Shown here piece by piece: positions 9,164 through 16,546 of a stretch of 64,000 nucleotides of DNA. The position numbers were made by a program, and so were the translations under genes. Source of the DNA: a virus; the IMG/VR virus record IMGVR_UViG_3300024581_003792, positions 1-64,000 of that record. One strand, written 5' to 3'. Position 1 is the first letter of the stretch. The number at the start of each line of letters is the position of its first letter. Under the pieces are notes generated by a model, which saw only the letters and a program-made list of their open reading frames with translations, did no database searches and was not told the origin of the DNA.

Positions 9164-9577
9164 ATGATCTTAAGAAACCAACACGACCCAAGATACACGA
9201 TTAAAAAGAATCGTCCCGTTTATGTTTACAAGAATCTGCACAAAGATTGTTGGAGCGTCAAGCAACATAACTTAGTTAAAGCTCACATCCCAAAAGATCA
9301 AGCTATTGGCTTATGGGATTGCTATTTTCATGTTGACATGAAAGGTAGAGAAAAAGTCCTTAAGGAAAAGCGTAAAAATGTTCATGCTTATGTCAAGGGC
9401 TACCTTCAAGATGCCGAAAATGTATCTCGCAACCCCGCAGTTATCACCAAAGAGGTCGAGGTAACATACAATCCTTACAAGTATGAAACTTTTGTTGACA
9501 AGAAGGATGAAAGTTTTGTATACTATGCAGACGAAGTATTATTAACACACAACAAAGTAACCGCTTATATATCATGA
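9164..9577 (+). CDS. conserved phage hypothetical protein
   Basis: VYKNLHKDCWSV, GREKVLKEKRKNVHAYVKG and VTYNPYK resemble a widespread phage family. Confidence 0.75.
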   Translation: MILRNQHDPRYTIKKNRPVYVYKNLHKDCWSVKQHNLVKAHIPKDQAIGLWDCYFHVDMKGREKVLKEKRKNVHAYVKGYLQDAENVSRNPAVITKEVEVTYNPYKYETFVDKKDESFVYYADEVLLTHNKVTAYIS

Positions 9578-9747
9578 AACAATTATTGATTAAAATTCCT
9601 GTATCGCAATCCATCCAAGAAGTTATGGATTACATTCAGTACAGCGAGATGGAGGGCGAAGTAGATCCGACAGATTCGTGGTACAGCACATACGAATTAT
9701 TAAAAGAATTACAACAAAAAGTATTAGATGAGGAGGATATGTTATGA
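9574..9747 (+). CDS. small hypothetical protein (57 aa)
   Basis: ATGA overlaps at both ends. Confidence 0.6.
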   Translation: MKQLLIKIPVSQSIQEVMDYIQYSEMEGEVDPTDSWYSTYELLKELQQKVLDEEDML

Positions 9748-9947
9748 AAGAAGAATTAAAAGGAATCAAACACGCTATCGACGGATTATCAGATGAAATG
9801 TTAGAGCATAGACGCTATGCAAACATGGACGACCTTGTCAAGGTAATGAAAAATATCAACGATAACCTTGTATCTATCAGCTTTGACCTAAAAGAATTAG
9901 TTGAAGCAAAAAAGTTTCAAAATGAGCTGACAACAGCACTTAGATAG
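9744..9947 (+). CDS. hypothetical protein
   Basis: GGAGG Shine-Dalgarno and ATGA overlap. Confidence 0.65.
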   Translation: MKEELKGIKHAIDGLSDEMLEHRRYANMDDLVKVMKNINDNLVSISFDLKELVEAKKFQNELTTALR

Positions 9948-9952
9948 TTATC

Positions 9953-10019
9953 TAAGTTATTGAATGTCAACGGCTTAGGCGAGCCAGGCTCGCGCAAGTC
10001 ATTGATACTTAAGGGTTTA
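9953..10019. repeat. 67-bp element, copy 2
   Basis: taagttattgaatgtcaacggctta|ggcgagccaggctcgcg|caagtcattgatacttaagggttta. Confidence 0.9.
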
Positions 10020-10050
10020 AAACAAAATGCGTTTATTTTTATTTTTTTTC

Positions 10051-10079
10051 TTGCGTTACTATTAGAATTCGTCTAGTGT
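10051..10079 (+). promoter_or_regulatory. element-linked leaderless promoter
   Basis: TTGCGT-17-TAGTGT-6-ATG. Confidence 0.6.
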
Positions 10080-10085
10080 GTTTAT

Positions 10086-10253
10086 ATGCAAGAAACAATA
10101 GATGTAACACCAAAATGGTCAGCAATCGTTCCTTTCATGATCGGAGTGCTGAAGAACCCAAAAGCAGATCCTGAATCTAGAAAGTTTGTTGAAGTAGAAC
10201 TTATGAGATTAGCAAAGATTGCAGACCAAGCAAAGGAAAGGGCAAAACAATGA
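10086..10253 (+). CDS. small hypothetical protein (55 aa)
   Basis: MQETIDVTPKWSAIVP...; leaderless start; ATGA overlap with the next gene. Confidence 0.65.
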   Translation: MQETIDVTPKWSAIVPFMIGVLKNPKADPESRKFVEVELMRLAKIADQAKERAKQ

Positions 10254-10474
10254 CATTATCAGAATCAATTATGGATATAGTAAGAGGCAACCTCGCATGG
10301 TCAGATCCCATGTCAACAGTTTGCCTCGATCAACATGAGCGTCACCCCGAAAAGTTTCCAAAGGGTAGCTCGTTTCAAACTGAAGATGAATCTTTAGCGG
10401 ATATCATTAGAGACTTGACAGTATTACAAGATGAGCGTAGAATAGAATCATCTTTTCAATCAGCACAACTATAA
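10250..10474 (+). CDS. hypothetical protein
   Basis: ORF in operon. Confidence 0.6.
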   Translation: MTLSESIMDIVRGNLAWSDPMSTVCLDQHERHPEKFPKGSSFQTEDESLADIIRDLTVLQDERRIESSFQSAQL

Positions 10475-10488
10475 CACAAGGAAAAATC

Positions 10489-10704
10489 ATGACAGCAGTA
10501 TTAGACACACCCGAACAAATCGAAATGTTTCGCTACAAAACTCTTCTCAGAGGTTTAAGGCTTGAGACGCAAGGACTACAAATGAGTCGAGGCAGATCTT
10601 GCTATTCTATCATCAAACAAGAGTTTGGTCTCAAAGGTAGCAAGCAAAAAGTTTTCGATCAATTTAAACTAATGTTAGAACAAGTAGACGAAAGGGCACT
10701 ATAA
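10489..10704 (+). CDS. hypothetical protein
   Basis: AAGGA Shine-Dalgarno. Confidence 0.7.
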   Translation: MTAVLDTPEQIEMFRYKTLLRGLRLETQGLQMSRGRSCYSIIKQEFGLKGSKQKVFDQFKLMLEQVDERAL

Positions 10705-10910
10705 TGACAAAAGCAGAAATTAAAAACAGAGTAGAAAGACAATGGGAAGGTAACATGAATATCTTTGAGATATATGATGAGCTTCGCGACAACCATACCG
10801 CTGAAGAACAAGAACAACTCTTGACTCATGCTTACAACTTTTTCTCTATTCAAGATGCAAAAAACTTCATAAAAGAGCTTGCGTATCATTTCAATATCCA
10901 TATAGTATAA
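10704..10910 (+). CDS. hypothetical protein
   Basis: TAATG coupling. Confidence 0.65.
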   Translation: MTKAEIKNRVERQWEGNMNIFEIYDELRDNHTAEEQEQLLTHAYNFFSIQDAKNFIKELAYHFNIHIV

Positions 10911-10913
10911 CAT

Positions 10914-11171
10914 ATGAACAACTACATAGAAGCAACCTGCATCGGCAGTCCACTAGGTTTACCTGAATACAACGAATCCACCGAACAATGGGAATTGTTC
11001 TTTGAAGAAAACCACGACGAGTGGAATCCATATTTTGAAAGAGATATTCTTTCTGTAAGTTTCGAGTCAGTTGAAGAAGTCACTGACGCTTACAATCACT
11101 ACAACCAAAATCCCGTAAAGGAGGACAAAGAAAATGAAGAAGTTACTGAGCAAGTTCTTGCGTTGGTTTAA
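10914..11171 (+). CDS. acidic hypothetical protein
   Basis: ORF, very D/E-rich. Confidence 0.65.
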   Translation: MNNYIEATCIGSPLGLPEYNESTEQWELFFEENHDEWNPYFERDILSVSFESVEEVTDAYNHYNQNPVKEDKENEEVTEQVLALV

Positions 11172-11367
11172 CCCTGTCTATCAAGTAGTCTATACGACTG
11201 CAGAAGGCAAAACACAAATGTATACTATATCCAAACCAAAACATAAAAACGAGTTTGGCAATAGCAAAGAAGGTTTGGCAGTTGCGGGCTTTAGAGCTCA
11301 TTGTTACAACCGAGGCGACATCCGTTCATTTCGCTACGATAGAATCACATCCTTAATCAAAATATAA
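11134..11367 (+). CDS. small WYL/Sm-like domain protein
   Basis: AAGGAGG Shine-Dalgarno; C-terminal AHCYNRGDIRSFRYDRI resembles the WYL R-x-F-R-x-D-R-I motif. Confidence 0.55.
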   Translation: MKKLLSKFLRWFNPVYQVVYTTAEGKTQMYTISKPKHKNEFGNSKEGLAVAGFRAHCYNRGDIRSFRYDRITSLIKI

Positions 11368-11380
11368 TCAAAATATAATC

Positions 11381-11530
11381 ATGGAATCATTAAAAGCAGC
11401 AATCAGAGAGTTGGGTTATCAATTAGCAGTTCGCGAGATATACGGCGAGAATACGCCGGAGTATTTCCAAAAGAAACGGTCTCACGAGAGGCTCCTCAAC
11501 AAATTGTATCGATTAGAAAAAAAAGTCTAG
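11381..11530 (+). CDS. small hypothetical protein (49 aa)
   Basis: MESLKAAIRELGYQLAV...; ends just before a terminator. Confidence 0.5.
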   Translation: MESLKAAIRELGYQLAVREIYGENTPEYFQKKRSHERLLNKLYRLEKKV

Positions 11531-11544
11531 TAAATACTTTGCCC

Positions 11545-11583
11545 GCCCCCTTCTCTGCTAACGCGGGGAGGGGGTTTTTTTTT
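11545..11583 (+). terminator. intrinsic terminator
   Basis: GCCCCCTTCTCTGC-TAAC-GCGGGGAGGGGGT plus T-run. Confidence 0.8.
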
Positions 11584-11599
11584 GCGCCAAGTTAATCCC

Positions 11600-11666
11600 T
11601 AAGTTACTGTTATTCAACGACTTATGCGGGCCAGGCCCGCGCAAAGCCCTGAGAGCCAACAACTTA
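11600..11666. repeat. 67-bp element, copy 3
   Basis: taagttactgttattcaacgactta|tgcgggccaggcccgcg|caaagccctgagagccaacaactta. Confidence 0.9.
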
Positions 11667-11695
11667 TGAAAAATGCATTTTTATTCATTTTTTTC

Positions 11696-11724
11696 TTGTG
11701 TTAATTAAAAAATTAGTTTAATGT
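11696..11724 (+). promoter_or_regulatory. element-linked leaderless promoter
   Basis: TTGTGT-17-TAATGT-6-ATG. Confidence 0.6.
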
Positions 11725-11730
11725 GTTTAT

Positions 11731-11862
11731 ATGACAGCGAGAGAGATTAAGATCAGAAAAACCATTCTTTTTACTAAGTCTCGCCCGCACAAAGTTAAGA
11801 CTAAAATTCTAGATCGAAAAAAGAAGCACAAATTAAAATTAAGTATTGACAACCAATCCTAA
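11731..11862 (+). CDS. small very basic protein (43 aa)
   Basis: MTAREIKIRKTILFTKSRPHKVKTKILDRKKKHKLKLSIDNQS; leaderless start. Confidence 0.55.
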   Translation: MTAREIKIRKTILFTKSRPHKVKTKILDRKKKHKLKLSIDNQS

Positions 11863-11881
11863 ATCTATATTATAAAAAACT

Positions 11882-12742
11882 ATGACAACTACTACAAACA
11901 ACAGAATTAACTCACCAAAAATTAACCTTAGCATCTGCGGAGGCGAGCATGATGTAACCACCTTGACCCATGTCAAGTCAGTTGCTACCCCTGATACTAC
12001 TTACAGGGAAAAACTTAGCAAAAAAGGTAATCGTATCGTTTCCCATCAACCCATCCCTCATGGCGACATGATTGACTTGTTTCGTCAAGAACTTAGTCGT
12101 CGTCAGTTTCATGTTCAAAATGAGTGCCATAATCTCGCCAAAGAAGGAGCTCGCTACTTTGGTTTGTTTCAAGTCACGCATGGCTTAAGGAAAGCTGAGA
12201 CTGAGCGAAGCACTATTATTGGATTACGCAACGCTCACGACAAAGCATTTTCCGCAGGTATTTGTGCAGGTGATGCCCCATTCGTTTGCGATAACCTTAT
12301 CTTTTCAAATGAGATTGTGGTTGGTCGCAAGCACACAGGCGAGCTTGATCATCTACTCAAGGAAATTAGTGGTAAGATTACCGAAGCTCTCGGCAAACTT
12401 TTCACCATGTGGAACACTCAAGACAATAGAGTTAACGCTTACAAAGAGAGGGAGATTACTAATGCTGAGGCTAATGACCTGATCATTAAAGCCTATCAAG
12501 CTAAAGCGATTAACTTGCAACGCATCCCCGATGTTCTCAACCAATGGGAATCTAGCGATCATCCTGACTTTTGGGATCGTAATGTTAATTCATTGTATAA
12601 CGCTTTCACCGAAGTTTACAAGGGCAACCTGTTCTTAAATTCTAGCCCTTCAACTTTGATGAATAGGTCTTATGGTCTTCATTCAGTGCTTGATCCTTTT
12701 GTAGGTATTAACAAGGAAGAGCCTGAAGTCATAGAGGTTTAA
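11882..12742 (+). CDS. DUF932-like phage/plasmid protein
   Basis: HQPIPH, IIGLRNAHDK, FVCDNLIF, SLYNAFTE; TTGACA at 11846. Confidence 0.7.
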   Translation: MTTTTNNRINSPKINLSICGGEHDVTTLTHVKSVATPDTTYREKLSKKGNRIVSHQPIPHGDMIDLFRQELSRRQFHVQNECHNLAKEGARYFGLFQVTHGLRKAETERSTIIGLRNAHDKAFSAGICAGDAPFVCDNLIFSNEIVVGRKHTGELDHLLKEISGKITEALGKLFTMWNTQDNRVNAYKEREITNAEANDLIIKAYQAKAINLQRIPDVLNQWESSDHPDFWDRNVNSLYNAFTEVYKGNLFLNSSPSTLMNRSYGLHSVLDPFVGINKEEPEVIEV

Positions 12743-12767
12743 GTTAATGTTGTTGTTGGTTAATGCT

Positions 12768-12794
12768 GCCCCCTCCTTCGGGAGGGGGTTTTTT
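12768..12794 (+). terminator. intrinsic terminator
   Basis: GCCCCCTCC-TTCG-GGAGGGGGT plus T-run. Confidence 0.9.
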
Positions 12795-12813
12795 ATTTTC
12801 TAATTTAAAAACG

Positions 12814-12880
12814 TAAGTCTTTGATATTCAACGACTTCTGCGGGCCAGGCTCGCGCAAACGCTTGATATTCAACGATTTA
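12814..12880. repeat. 67-bp element, copy 4
   Basis: taagtctttgatattcaacgacttc|tgcgggccaggctcgcg|caaacgcttgatattcaacgattta. Confidence 0.9.
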
Positions 12881-12908
12881 AAAAAGTTAAAAAAACTACA
12901 TTTTTTTC

Positions 12909-12937
12909 TTGTGTTGTCTAGTTGTTGGTGTTAGGGT
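12909..12937 (+). promoter_or_regulatory. element-linked leaderless promoter
   Basis: TTGTGT-17-TAGGGT-6-ATG. Confidence 0.6.
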
Positions 12938-12943
12938 ATACAT

Positions 12944-13135
12944 ATGAAACGAATAATTGAAACCTTAATGGAACGCGACGGGTTAACCCGTCAAGAGGCG
13001 GAAGATCAAGTTGTAGCATTTAACTCTGAAATGTGGACGGATGTTGGACAAGGCGGAAGTCTTTTTGAATGGGAGGATGCTTTCTCTAGTGAGTTTGGTT
13101 TAGAGCCTGACTTTTTCGAAGATTTAGTGCTTTAA
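12944..13135 (+). CDS. small acidic phage protein
   Basis: LMERDGLT...FGLEPDF; leaderless start. Confidence 0.7.
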   Translation: MKRIIETLMERDGLTRQEAEDQVVAFNSEMWTDVGQGGSLFEWEDAFSSEFGLEPDFFEDLVL

Positions 13136-13173
13136 AGCTTGTAATTTCACAAAAAATTGTTTAGTTTATTATC

Positions 13174-13902
13174 ATGATTAACTTACTATCCAACCCAAGC
13201 AAGATGCCTTGCTATTCATTCAACATTCCCGCTTTCAAGTATTGCCCTGCGGCTCAACTTATGGCAAAAATTAAAAGCAAAGCAAAAAAGTTTATTTGTG
13301 ATTCTTGCTACGCTTGCAAAGGTTTCTATATGTTCGCCAATGTCAAGGCAAGCTTACAAAAAAAAGCTGACCTTATCACTAAGTCTTTACATCGAGACAA
13401 TGGGCAAACTTTTATTGATGAGATGACCAAGCAAATTACGGCAAAGTATTTTGACAAGCAAGGTAACAAGAAAAAACTCAAGAAAACAAACACGAATCTT
13501 TTTCGCGTTCATGATTCAGGAGATCTTTTTTCTCCAAAGTATATTGAAGCGTGGATTAAGATTTGCGAAAATTTTCCTTCAATTCGCTTTTGGTTTCCAA
13601 CTCGTGAGTGGGCAAGAGATAGTCAATTGCCACATCTTCGCAAGCTTGCAAGTTTAAAGAATGTTTGCTTAAAGCCAAGTGCTTTATATGTAGACGAACC
13701 CGCTCCACAAATTGACGGATTAGATGCGGGAACTTCCGTCTATAGCTCAAAAGAGCAAGCCGAGCAAGATGGTCATTTTGTTTGCCCCGCAACTTATGTT
13801 AAGGGTGCAGACGGCAAGATTCTCGCAACTTGCCAAGCCCATAATTGCAACTTATGCTTTATCAAGGGATGCAAAAAAGGTATTGCATATTTAGCCCACT
13901 AA
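13174..13902 (+). CDS. Gp88-like phage protein (Cys-rich, radical-SAM-like)
   Basis: PSKMPCYSFNIPA, CDSCYACKG, FRVHDSGD, WFPTRE; promoter TTGTAA(13139)-17-TAGTTT-6-ATG. Confidence 0.7.
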   Translation: MINLLSNPSKMPCYSFNIPAFKYCPAAQLMAKIKSKAKKFICDSCYACKGFYMFANVKASLQKKADLITKSLHRDNGQTFIDEMTKQITAKYFDKQGNKKKLKKTNTNLFRVHDSGDLFSPKYIEAWIKICENFPSIRFWFPTREWARDSQLPHLRKLASLKNVCLKPSALYVDEPAPQIDGLDAGTSVYSSKEQAEQDGHFVCPATYVKGADGKILATCQAHNCNLCFIKGCKKGIAYLAH

Positions 13903-13916
13903 ACTATACTAAAAAC

Positions 13917-14087
13917 ATGGACTATTACGATTCAGCCGAAGACATCACCATTTCACAAGATCGTGCCTTGCAAGAATTAGCGAGGCACGGCATCACCTCA
14001 AACGAGGATATTGTGGAGTTTTTTAACGACATGGGACAAAAAGAAGATTATGACGCTCAGGCAGTGCTTATATGGTTAGGATACTAG
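13917..14087 (+). CDS. small hypothetical protein (56 aa)
   Basis: MDYYDSAEDITIS...WLGY; start reassigned from 13845 to avoid overlap. Confidence 0.6.
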   Translation: MDYYDSAEDITISQDRALQELARHGITSNEDIVEFFNDMGQKEDYDAQAVLIWLGY

Positions 14088-14089
14088 CC

Positions 14090-14156
14090 TAAGTAGCTGT
14101 AAGTCAACGACTTATGGCGGCCTGGCCCGCGCAACATGCTGATAAACAGCAACTTA
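14090..14156. repeat. 67-bp element, copy 5
   Basis: taagtagctgtaagtcaacgactta|tggcggcctggcccgcg|caacatgctgataaacagcaactta. Confidence 0.9.
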
Positions 14157-14185
14157 CAACAAAGCAAAAAAACTTATCTTTTTTC

Positions 14186-14214
14186 TTGTGTTATGCTAAG
14201 AAATTGCTTAGGGT
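14186..14214 (+). promoter_or_regulatory. element-linked leaderless promoter
   Basis: TTGTGT-17-TAGGGT-6-ATG. Confidence 0.6.
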
Positions 14215-14220
14215 GTTCTT

Positions 14221-14625
14221 ATGATTAACTACAACATACCAAACTCAATCTCACAATTCCAACCAAGACCTTCTTTAGGTAGCCTTATGCTAGACTTTGA
14301 CGATTTAGATTTTCAACCACATCGTGGTGCTGATGATGCAGTCCAAGCAAAACTTGACTTTGGCAACGGATTTTCTATTTCTGTTGTTGCAGGGAAAGAC
14401 GGCAGACGAGGATTATACGGCAGTGTGGAGGAAGATTTGTACGAAGTTGCAATCTTTGATAAAAACGGCATGATTCCTCTCGATTGTTCGGATGATGTTG
14501 TTGGTTGGCAATCTCCTGCTCAAGTATCTTACTTGATGGCAAAAGCTCAAGCTGAGGGAAGCATTTGGGTTGACGAGCTAAAAGCAGATAGAGAAGAATT
14601 TAGAAAAGATTTAGGGCTTGACTAA
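14221..14625 (+). CDS. conserved phage hypothetical protein
   Basis: FGNGFSISVV, LYEVAIF and DDVVGW motifs. Confidence 0.7.
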   Translation: MINYNIPNSISQFQPRPSLGSLMLDFDDLDFQPHRGADDAVQAKLDFGNGFSISVVAGKDGRRGLYGSVEEDLYEVAIFDKNGMIPLDCSDDVVGWQSPAQVSYLMAKAQAEGSIWVDELKADREEFRKDLGLD

Positions 14626-14652
14626 TTACAAGTACTGAACTACATTACAACT

Positions 14653-14925
14653 ATGACTAACTTAGAAGCAATCAAGAAAGCTCACTCAAAATCAAGAAAG
14701 AAACTTGCGTCCAAGAAAGAGGCTTGGTCGGCTATAAGACAAAACCAAAAAGTCGAGCGAAAAAACTCAATTATTGATTTAGTTAAATCGGGTATTGACA
14801 CTAGCGAGGCAATCGCTATAGTTGATGCAGAGATCAAGAAAGAAAAAGACGCATTCAATTGGGAGGCTCGTGCCTACATCGAACTAAAGAAAAAACAACT
14901 ACAACTTAAACTACAAGTACAATGA
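14653..14925 (+). CDS. basic hypothetical protein
   Basis: TTGACT(14618)-17-TACATT-6-ATG. Confidence 0.65.
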   Translation: MTNLEAIKKAHSKSRKKLASKKEAWSAIRQNQKVERKNSIIDLVKSGIDTSEAIAIVDAEIKKEKDAFNWEARAYIELKKKQLQLKLQVQ

Positions 14926-15185
14926 CAGAAGAACAAAGACTCGCAATTATCGCTAACGCACATCGTGAATCAAAAGGCTTGCCGACTAGCTCCGCAGTTA
15001 TGGAATTAGTTGGTGATTTGCAAGCCGAAGCATTCGTGGTAGAGAACGGACTCGCAGAGGTCGAAGAGGATGACATCGCAGACGAGGTTCAATTTCTTTA
15101 TTCGGATAAAGCCGAAGAGATTGATGAAGAAGATCAAGATATGGGAGTATCTGATGAGATGAAAGGAGTTTACAATGATAGTTGA
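14922..15185 (+). CDS. acidic hypothetical protein
   Basis: ATGA overlap. Confidence 0.6.
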   Translation: MTEEQRLAIIANAHRESKGLPTSSAVMELVGDLQAEAFVVENGLAEVEEDDIADEVQFLYSDKAEEIDEEDQDMGVSDEMKGVYNDS

Positions 15186-15243
15186 GTTCCTTATGTTTTC
15201 GCCTTGGCTTTTCGTATTTTATCTAATGTTTTGGGGGGTGTGA
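15175..15243 (+). CDS. putative 22-aa membrane peptide
   Basis: AAAGGAG Shine-Dalgarno; MIVEFLMFSPWLFVFYLMFWGV; fills the gap exactly. Confidence 0.45.
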   Translation: MIVEFLMFSPWLFVFYLMFWGV

Positions 15244-15244
15244 T

Positions 15245-15472
15245 ATGTCATCTTTTTTTATTGCTACAACGATAGGCGGGGGCAGTCAATTCGCTATGAT
15301 GGAAGTACCTGCCACAGAAAAACCGATGAAGGGCGAATACAAACTAAGTCCTGATTGCGTCAAGGTCAATCTAGATAGTGGGCGATTCAAGGATTGCTCG
15401 GATATGTCGAGCAACGCTTACGGCAGATTGTATGTACTCAAGGAAGACCTAGACCAACTCGAAAACTATTGA
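15245..15472 (+). CDS. hypothetical protein
   Basis: ORF in operon. Confidence 0.55.
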   Translation: MSSFFIATTIGGGSQFAMMEVPATEKPMKGEYKLSPDCVKVNLDSGRFKDCSDMSSNAYGRLYVLKEDLDQLENY

Positions 15473-15532
15473 CGATAAATACCAAATACTCAAATATTTA
15501 ACTTATTCTACTTTCTGAGCTAACAACCCGTC

Positions 15533-15599
15533 TAAGTTGCTGAATATCAACGACTTAGGCGGGCCTTGCCGCCGGAAGTGCCTGAATATCAGTGGTTTA
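15533..15599. repeat. 67-bp element, copy 6
   Basis: taagttgctgaatatcaacgactta|ggcgggccttgccgccg|gaagtgcctgaatatcagtggttta. Confidence 0.85.
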
Positions 15600-15630
15600 C
15601 AGCAAAAGCAAAAAAAAGATTAAAAAAAGC

Positions 15631-15659
15631 TTGTGTTTTATTTTAGATTGGGTTAGTTT
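15631..15659 (+). promoter_or_regulatory. element-linked leaderless promoter
   Basis: TTGTGT-17-TAGTTT-6-ATG. Confidence 0.6.
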
Positions 15660-15665
15660 ACTATT

Positions 15666-15854
15666 ATGGAAATGATAAAACAACTACTCAAAAGAATCGA
15701 CGAACTACAAGCTATTATTGACACAGAAACCCCTGACGCAGACGCAGGGTGCGATTGGTCAAAGTCGCTTGTTATTAACGCTGAAAGTGAAAAAGACGAC
15801 CTGCAAGACAGAATCGATGCTCTTGCTCTTTTTGTTTCAATTAACAATCTATAA
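15666..15854 (+). CDS. hypothetical protein
   Basis: Leaderless start. Confidence 0.6.
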   Translation: MEMIKQLLKRIDELQAIIDTETPDADAGCDWSKSLVINAESEKDDLQDRIDALALFVSINNL

Positions 15855-15868
15855 GAAAGGAAAAAATT

Positions 15869-16099
15869 ATGCCAGATACAACATACAACGGATGGAAGAA
15901 CTGGGCAACCTGGAATGTCGCCCTTTGGTTAGGGAACGATGAAAATCTTTACAGATTGTCCCGCAGATTTGTCAATTATAAAGATTTAGCTGAGCACTTA
16001 AGGCTTAGCTATGGGTTAACAGGTACGCCCGATGGGGCGAGATATGACGACTCAGAGCTGGACACTTACGCACTCGATGAGTGGCTTATGGATGAGTAA
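15869..16099 (+). CDS. conserved phage protein (YNGWxNxxTWxVxLW family)
   Basis: YNGWKNWATWNVALWLGNDE and TPDG; AAGGA Shine-Dalgarno. Confidence 0.75.
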   Translation: MPDTTYNGWKNWATWNVALWLGNDENLYRLSRRFVNYKDLAEHLRLSYGLTGTPDGARYDDSELDTYALDEWLMDE

Positions 16100-16104
16100 T
16101 TACC

Positions 16105-16171
16105 TAACCTGCTTAAATTCAACGACTTAGGCAGGCCAGGCCCGCGCAAACCCCTGATATTCAAGGGTTTA
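16105..16171. repeat. 67-bp element, copy 7 (between convergent genes)
   Basis: taacctgcttaaattcaacgactta|ggcaggccaggcccgcg|caaacccctgatattcaagggttta. Confidence 0.85.
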
Positions 16172-16179
16172 GGCGGCAC

Positions 16180-16488
16180 TTAAAAAACAAGAAGATCGGG
16201 CTTCGCTGTATTTGAAGCAAACCAATCGTATGAGTCAATTTCTTGACCATTTAGTACGGGCTCGAATTTATATTGATAAACTCCGGCATTGGCTATGCCG
16301 TTCACGCGTTCGCGTGTGGTGGGGGTATTCCATCCTGCAAGCGACCAACGGACAAGCCCATCAGGATCACGCTTAACAATTGCGTTCCCATGTAGCCAAA
16401 CGGTTTTGCCGTCTGTCCTAGTATTGCCGACTTTTAACGATTTGCCTTGCTCGAAAGCTTTTTTGATTTGTTGTGTGACTTTTCTCAT
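16180..16488 (-). CDS. conserved phage hypothetical protein
   Basis: LHGNAI...GWNTPTTRERVNG. Confidence 0.7.
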   Translation of the reverse strand: MRKVTQQIKKAFEQGKSLKVGNTRTDGKTVWLHGNAIVKRDPDGLVRWSLAGWNTPTTRERVNGIANAGVYQYKFEPVLNGQEIDSYDWFASNTAKPDLLVF

Positions 16489-16489
16489 A

Positions 16490-16546
16490 TTATTTTTTTA
16501 GAATTATTAAACCGAAAACCAAACAAAGGATAATTTCAAGCACCAT
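16490..16546 (-). CDS. putative 18-aa membrane peptide
   Basis: MVLEIILCLVFGLIILKK; bridges two neighbouring genes. Confidence 0.35.
   Translation of the reverse strand: MVLEIILCLVFGLIILKK

Noticed and set aside
11354-11380. 11-bp tandem duplication TAATCAAAATA x2.5
   Set aside because: Most simply a local slippage duplication at a gene junction; not seen elsewhere.
9032-16171. CRISPR array or canonical integron attC array
   Set aside because: Copies are 0.5-1.6 kb apart, degenerate and separated by whole genes. No cas or intI gene is present, and there are no RYYYAAC/GTTRRRY ends.
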